DNA of 63,024 bases, counting the filler, from Licmophora abbreviata (Eukaryota), in the NCBI GenBank assembly GCA_900291995.1. It is 11 parts of 11 records of this genome, joined end to end, with 100 filler letters (N's around TTAATTAATTAA, not from the genome) between each part and the next. Parts side by side here need not be neighbours in the genome. Positions count along the whole stretch, not along the records: positions 56,414 to 63,024 come from OLMU01003154.1; 10 more parts are not named here. One strand, given 5' to 3'. The notes beneath the pieces were generated by a model. It saw only the letters and a program-made list of their open reading frames with translations. It was not told the origin of the DNA and did no database searches. Both the position numbers and the translations under genes were made by a program. How positions within the stretch are numbered: position 1 is the first letter of the stretch; every line of letters starts with the position of its first letter. Below are positions 58,404 through 63,024 of the stretch, piece after piece.

Positions 58404-59844
58404 TTATGCAATCTCTTGATGTTTTGAGGAATCGTTGTGAAATATCGAATCAACGTCGCTTGGGGGCATTGTCAATCCTTGCTCATGGAAACTAGGCCCT
58501 CGCTGGACAATTGGGCCACCGCCGAGACAAACAAGACCATTGCCCACATACAAAGCCGCCATCTGGCCTGGTGTTATGGCCCGGACCGGTCTGTCAAATC
58601 GTATTGTCCAATGAGAACGGCTCGCAGAAGGCGCTACAATGTCGCATGGAGTCAAGGGTTGCAAGTGGCGAGTTCGACATTGAAGTCTCATGCATCCCGT
58701 CTGCCGCAGCGGCAAGGGTTCGATTCCAGCAATCCAATGCAGGGACTTCACATAGAGCTCATCGGAATAGAGTGCAGGATGCTTAGTGCCGGCACATACC
58801 CACACGATATTGCTCCTCTATCTTTGGACACGACAAACCACTTTTGCGAAGCCCCTGCTATTCTTGCTCCCTGCCCAATCGTGTAGCTCAGAAATCCCTC
58901 GTGCCGCCCAACTGTTTCACCTGTATCGACATTGCAAAAGTCTCCGGGGGGCATTTGATCCACATGTTGCGAAATGAAATTTCCAAAATTGCGAGTCCCC
59001 ACAAAGCAAATGCCCATGCTATCTCGTTTGTTTGCAGTGGGCAGGCCTGCCTCCTCGGCAAGCTGTCGAACTGATTTGGAAGGACGAGTATTGGCATTCT
59101 GCGTGTTACAGTGTTGCCGTTTGTATAGATTGCCAAGTGGAAACCAGACGTTCCGAAAGGCATTCCCGTCTACCCCCGATAAGAAATAGGATTGATCTTT
59201 GGAGCCATCTGCTGCTGCAAGCAATAGTGGTGCGGTCGGATCAGTCCCATACTGTGGCAGCCACTCAGATAGCTTGCTATCCCTTTCCAGAACTTGAACA
59301 ATCTGCGGTGGCATATGTTCTTGACTCTCATCGCGCTCCCACAGTCGAGCATAGTGACCAGTCGCAATCGTATCCACCCCAAACCGCTGCAGCGCGTAGT
59401 CTTTCATCGCGCCAAACTTGACAATGGAATTGCATCGAACTGCAAGTAGGAGCAAGAAGACAAAGAAAGATGAAACAGGCAATCAGGCTGGCTTTTGTTT
59501 TAAATAAACGCGCTCGTACCATCCGGATTGGGCGTCTGTCCCCCCGAGAGCTCCTGAAGGAACGGTTCGAAGACGCCAGTCCAGTACTCGGCGGCAAATG
59601 AGGCCCGATGCAATGGAATATCTAGCACATCGCACACTTTCTGGGCGTCTTTCATGTCTTGTTCGTGGCAAGAAGAGAAATGCGAAGTAGTCGTAGCGGA
59701 GTCGTCATCTAGATGATTCCAGTTGGACATGTACAGACCCATCAAGGAGCTTTGCTGTCGTGACAGAAGGTAGGCGGCCACAGACGAGTCAACGCCTCCA
59801 CTCACTGCCACCAGGACTCGGCGGCGACCAGGACCTGACGCCAT
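58404..59844 (-). CDS. mnmA: tRNA-specific 2-thiouridylase MnmA/MTU1 (organellar); intron 59440-59519; apparent 1-nt deletion near 58815; N-terminus may extend upstream
   Basis: [65 protein letters not shown]....CLGGG. Confidence 0.92.
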
Positions 59845-60442
59845 GGAGGTCGTCAAGGTCACAATCAACGCAAAAAACGCTCGATTATCAGCAGCGGCTG
59901 TCACATCATCGACATCATCATCACATGGTTTGTGCGATGAGCGGCTTTGAATGTGTGTGCGGACGACCAGAGAGTGTCTCAGTCGAAGGATTCGGCGATC
60001 GCCTCCTCAAAACGGACGACGGGCAGAGTCTGTCACATCCCCAACTCAAAAATGGCGCGCGAGAACAATGCCGGCGATGTGGGACAGGTGGCTGTGGTCT
60101 CTGGAGAGTGATGCGAGACTGGGAGTGCTCATGGACGAGAGGTCGCAGGAGCTTCATCATACGTGCAAGGCAGATGGAGGAATGATTCTTGTTGCGAAGA
60201 CGCATTGGCAGGTGCCTGTTGACGCTCTCTGTCCTCCTCGGTAGTTGTGCCGGTAGCCCGCACGACGTAGCTGTAGCTTTCGACAAGACAGCCCACAGCA
60301 CGTGTTTAACACAACCAATTAAAATCATACTGTTTCACATGACTCTCTCAGTCTTCATGGCTGAAAGTCTGTCTTGGTAGAACATTCCGCCCTCTCATTT
60401 TTTTAACGACACCAAAGCATCCTCCCTCAAGATCGCTGCTCA

Positions 60443-61185
60443 TTATGCCCCACTAGGAGGATCGTATCGTCCACTGTCCAAAGTCTCGTCTTCCATACTT
60501 TCAGTTCCAATGTTGGTTTTCTTATCCAATATCTCACTTCTGTGTGCACCCAGAATGGCGGCAAAGGATCCCAGCAGAACGCACTGAATGAAACTGAAAA
60601 AGCCCATGAGCATTTCCTCCTTGGACGACCCATTGTGCGTACTCTGATCTCTGCCGTATCCAACGTAGCTGCAAAGAAAACACAAAGGAGTTGCTTTTGT
60701 CAGAGATACTCAAAGAGATACTCAAAGCCTCATGCTACGATTAGCATCAGTGTACATTGCTGCCACCACTCCCTACTTACAGTAAAAAGAGCAAAAAGAA
60801 GAGTTGCGAGGTGGCCACGACGCCTCCCATGAAGAAGCCTATTGCCATACTGTTGTGAAACTTGCGCATAATGAGAGTTCCTCCGATGCAGAGGATGACC
60901 AACAAAATGCCACTCCAGATACTGGCAAAGCCCTCCGATGTGCTCCGTGTCGTGCTAATGACGAAACTCATGAGCATCAAGATGCCAGTCAAGGCGAGAA
61001 TCGAGTACCTAGCAGAGGAGGAGAGTTGAAGTGAAAGACACAGTAGTAAGAAGAATACAATATTGATGAAAGCACCGTCCCAAGACGCAGAAAATAGCAG
61101 ACACTCACCACCAGCCAGCGATGAGTTTTCGAGACGAGCCGCCGCAGAGGGAGTTGGCCAGGAGTGTTGTGTAGTGAGACATCAT
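60443..61185 (-). CDS. Small multi-pass membrane protein; introns 61009-61108 and 60669-60780
   Basis: Spliced frame MMSHY...AGWW|YSILALTG...FLL|YVGYG...HRSEILD; four hydrophobic helices. Confidence 0.75.
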
Positions 61186-61926
61186 TTTTGTCGGTCTTGA
61201 ATCGTTTCAAGTTTCGACTCTTCTGTTTCTCTTTCTAGAGGGATTTCGCTCTGTGAATACTTCAGACACAGCAGCAGTCAGTGAGAGGTAGAGTGTAGAA
61301 GCTTTATATGATACGACGAGGTGATTGATAATGATGTCTTTTGTGCTTTGTTTTCGCCATGGTTCTGTTCGGCGTCGAGCTGGCTACTTATTAATATTCC
61401 TCAGACGTGAGGATATATTAATCAGCATTGGTTTTACTGAGAAGTGTGAAAAGTGGGACACCACATTTTACTGTCATCAGTACCAGGAAGCACTTAGAAT
61501 CAGACACGATGGAGTGGCACCTGGTCGCGATTTTGAAGTATTTTGCTCGGATTCGAAAAGGATAATTCTCACTTTTTGGCACCTCGTCGGACTGGGAATA
61601 AGAATTCGCGCGTGTGTCATCGTGATCTCAAGGCAGCGGCAGCCAAAAGCAGGCGTGTGCGTAGCCCAATTTCGCAGTCGTCGACAGCGTTTGGAGCGAT
61701 TCGTTCCGTCCAGTCCGTTCCATATATACGTATTGGTGGGGTGGAAGGTCGATTGGATACGGAAAGGATTGAAATCTAGAGAAAACTAGAGATTCTCACA
61801 AGGCACTTTTGCGTTCAAGTGTGTCCGGTACCCGTACGAGAAAAAGACGCACCGCCCGTTGAGTCGCAGTCTGGGAGTCTTCTATCAGAGCCATTCCCTT
61901 GCTCCTGCACACACAAAGAGTGCTCC

Positions 61927-63024
61927 ATGCAGACTGCTCGCATGATGGCTGCGCCTCATCGTGTGGGTCTTGGACGAGAATCATCGTCACAGCCTCAGGC
62001 TTCTACTGCGGTTTCCTCGTCATCAGCTAGCAGCAGTCGTGCCACCGACAGCGCCATTGACGCCTATGCATCCCGCATTTTGAAAGACAAGAGTCCACCA
62101 GAGGCTTGTATGGACGAGAGTCTTGGACCCTACGTTTGCTCTGTTTTGCGCGTCGCGTCTTTAGACGAAAACAACGTGACGAGTATTCCCGAATTTGACT
62201 CTCTAGTGGAGCTCTTGGAGGAGCACTGCAATCTGTCTCCGGAACACGCCAAGGAAGCTTTGCAGACCATTGCGACAGCTGTACAGACAGGAGTCGCTGA
62301 ACAATGGCCACAGCCAGAGGAGTGGATTGGTACTCGGGAAAAGCCCTATGTGGAGACGGCATACAACGACGAAGCGCAGTACCCCCCACTTGCATACACC
62401 AATAGTGTATCGACTCCGATCAAACCGGATGGGCTCATTCCCTTCGATCTATTGGGTGTCCTCGATGGCCCAGCGACACAGGATGATAGCAATGATTCAC
62501 AACTGGAACGAGTGATACAGCCACAGTCTGCGGCAGCAGAGGTGTCACGACGCCCAGTAGAGGACGAAGACGCTTTTCCTCCGCTCGGCGCTTCGGCGTC
62601 CACTTTACGCTCGTCCTCTCATCATCAGACAACGACGAAAAAAGGAAAGAGCAAGAAGTCTAGCAGGACTAAGCAGGCGGATGATTTAGCGGCATCCTTG
62701 TTTCGTTCGTCGCGAGTGCGGCAGAATAGCTTGGATGAAACTGCTTCGCCGAAACTGAATCCTTTGTCCTCCGGGCCAATCCCGCCATTGGGTAACTCAT
62801 CCTCCGTCACTGCCAATTCTCACGTTTCATTGTCGCCACAACAGTTGGATGCAGCTGTTGAGATGTTGTGGTCAATGAATCCGGACTTGAGCCAGGAATC
62901 TGTTACAGAGGCGGCCCTGATTGCTAATGGCGACGTCAATGTCGCACAGTATGTGATTGATGGGGCTCTTTCTGCACCCCCTGTCTGTCGACATATGCTA
63001 AGCGGGGGGTGTTACCGCAGTGAC
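61927..63024 (+). CDS. 5' part of a protein with FPPLG (PAM2-like) motif, CUE/UBA-like domain and start of a CCCH zinc finger; runs off the window
   Basis: Uninterrupted frame from ATG 61927 to the window end, absent from the ORF track because it has no stop; EDAFPPLG, MNPDL......AAL..NGDV..A, VCRHML.GGCYRSD. Confidence 0.75.
   Translation, partial: MQTARMMAAPHRVGLGRESSSQPQASTAVSSSSASSSRATDSAIDAYASRILKDKSPPEACMDESLGPYVCSVLRVASLDENNVTSIPEFDSLVELLEEHCNLSPEHAKEALQTIATAVQTGVAEQWPQPEEWIGTREKPYVETAYNDEAQYPPLAYTNSVSTPIKPDGLIPFDLLGVLDGPATQDDSNDSQLERVIQPQSAAAEVSRRPVEDEDAFPPLGASASTLRSSSHHQTTTKKGKSKKSSRTKQADDLAASLFRSSRVRQNSLDETASPKLNPLSSGPIPPLGNSSSVTANSHVSLSPQQLDAAVEMLWSMNPDLSQESVTEAALIANGDVNVAQYVIDGALSAPPVCRHMLSGGCYRSD

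Noticed and set aside
54056..59844. Bacterial-like enzymes (trpD, RidA, mnmA) close together suggesting an HGT island or operon
   Set aside because: All have spliceosomal introns, trpD and RidA have targeting-type N-termini, functions are unrelated, and typical host genes are interspersed
1..63024. tRNA, rRNA, transposase or reverse-transcriptase sequences
   Set aside because: None recognised by eye; a covariance-model or repeat search was not possible

Overview
Gene-dense eukaryotic nuclear DNA, most consistent with a diatom (short GT-AG introns, bipartite 'xxAF' plastid-targeting N-termini, Pro/Thr-rich RxL-containing membrane proteins). It is a draft scaffold: ten 100-nt spacers (44 N + TTAATTAATTAA + 44 N) join contigs. 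About nine genes are broken by single-base indels, all in short homopolymers, which are most likely sequencing errors. About 27 protein genes can be supported. Recognisable ones are QCR6, RPL29 (probable GC-AG intron), trpD, mnmA, casein kinase I, CANT1-type apyrase, Sqt1/AAMP, a RidA-family protein, an acyl-protein thioesterase, an Mbb1/HCF107-like HAT protein and a signal-peptide SET-domain protein. No RNA gene, transposon or CRISPR array was found. The most interesting hidden structure is a repeated Cys3His module (C-x2-C-x9/10-C-R-x4-H), usually followed by a RanBP2-like finger. It occurs four times across two tandem genes at 13.2-19.9 kb, and each copy is split by a phase-0 intron at the same position, so the ORF track misses it. 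Also notable are a protein with two AT-hook repeat arrays, three RxL/PT-rich type-I membrane proteins, three small proteins sharing short motifs, and dispersed intergenic TACC(W)GGTA palindromes.
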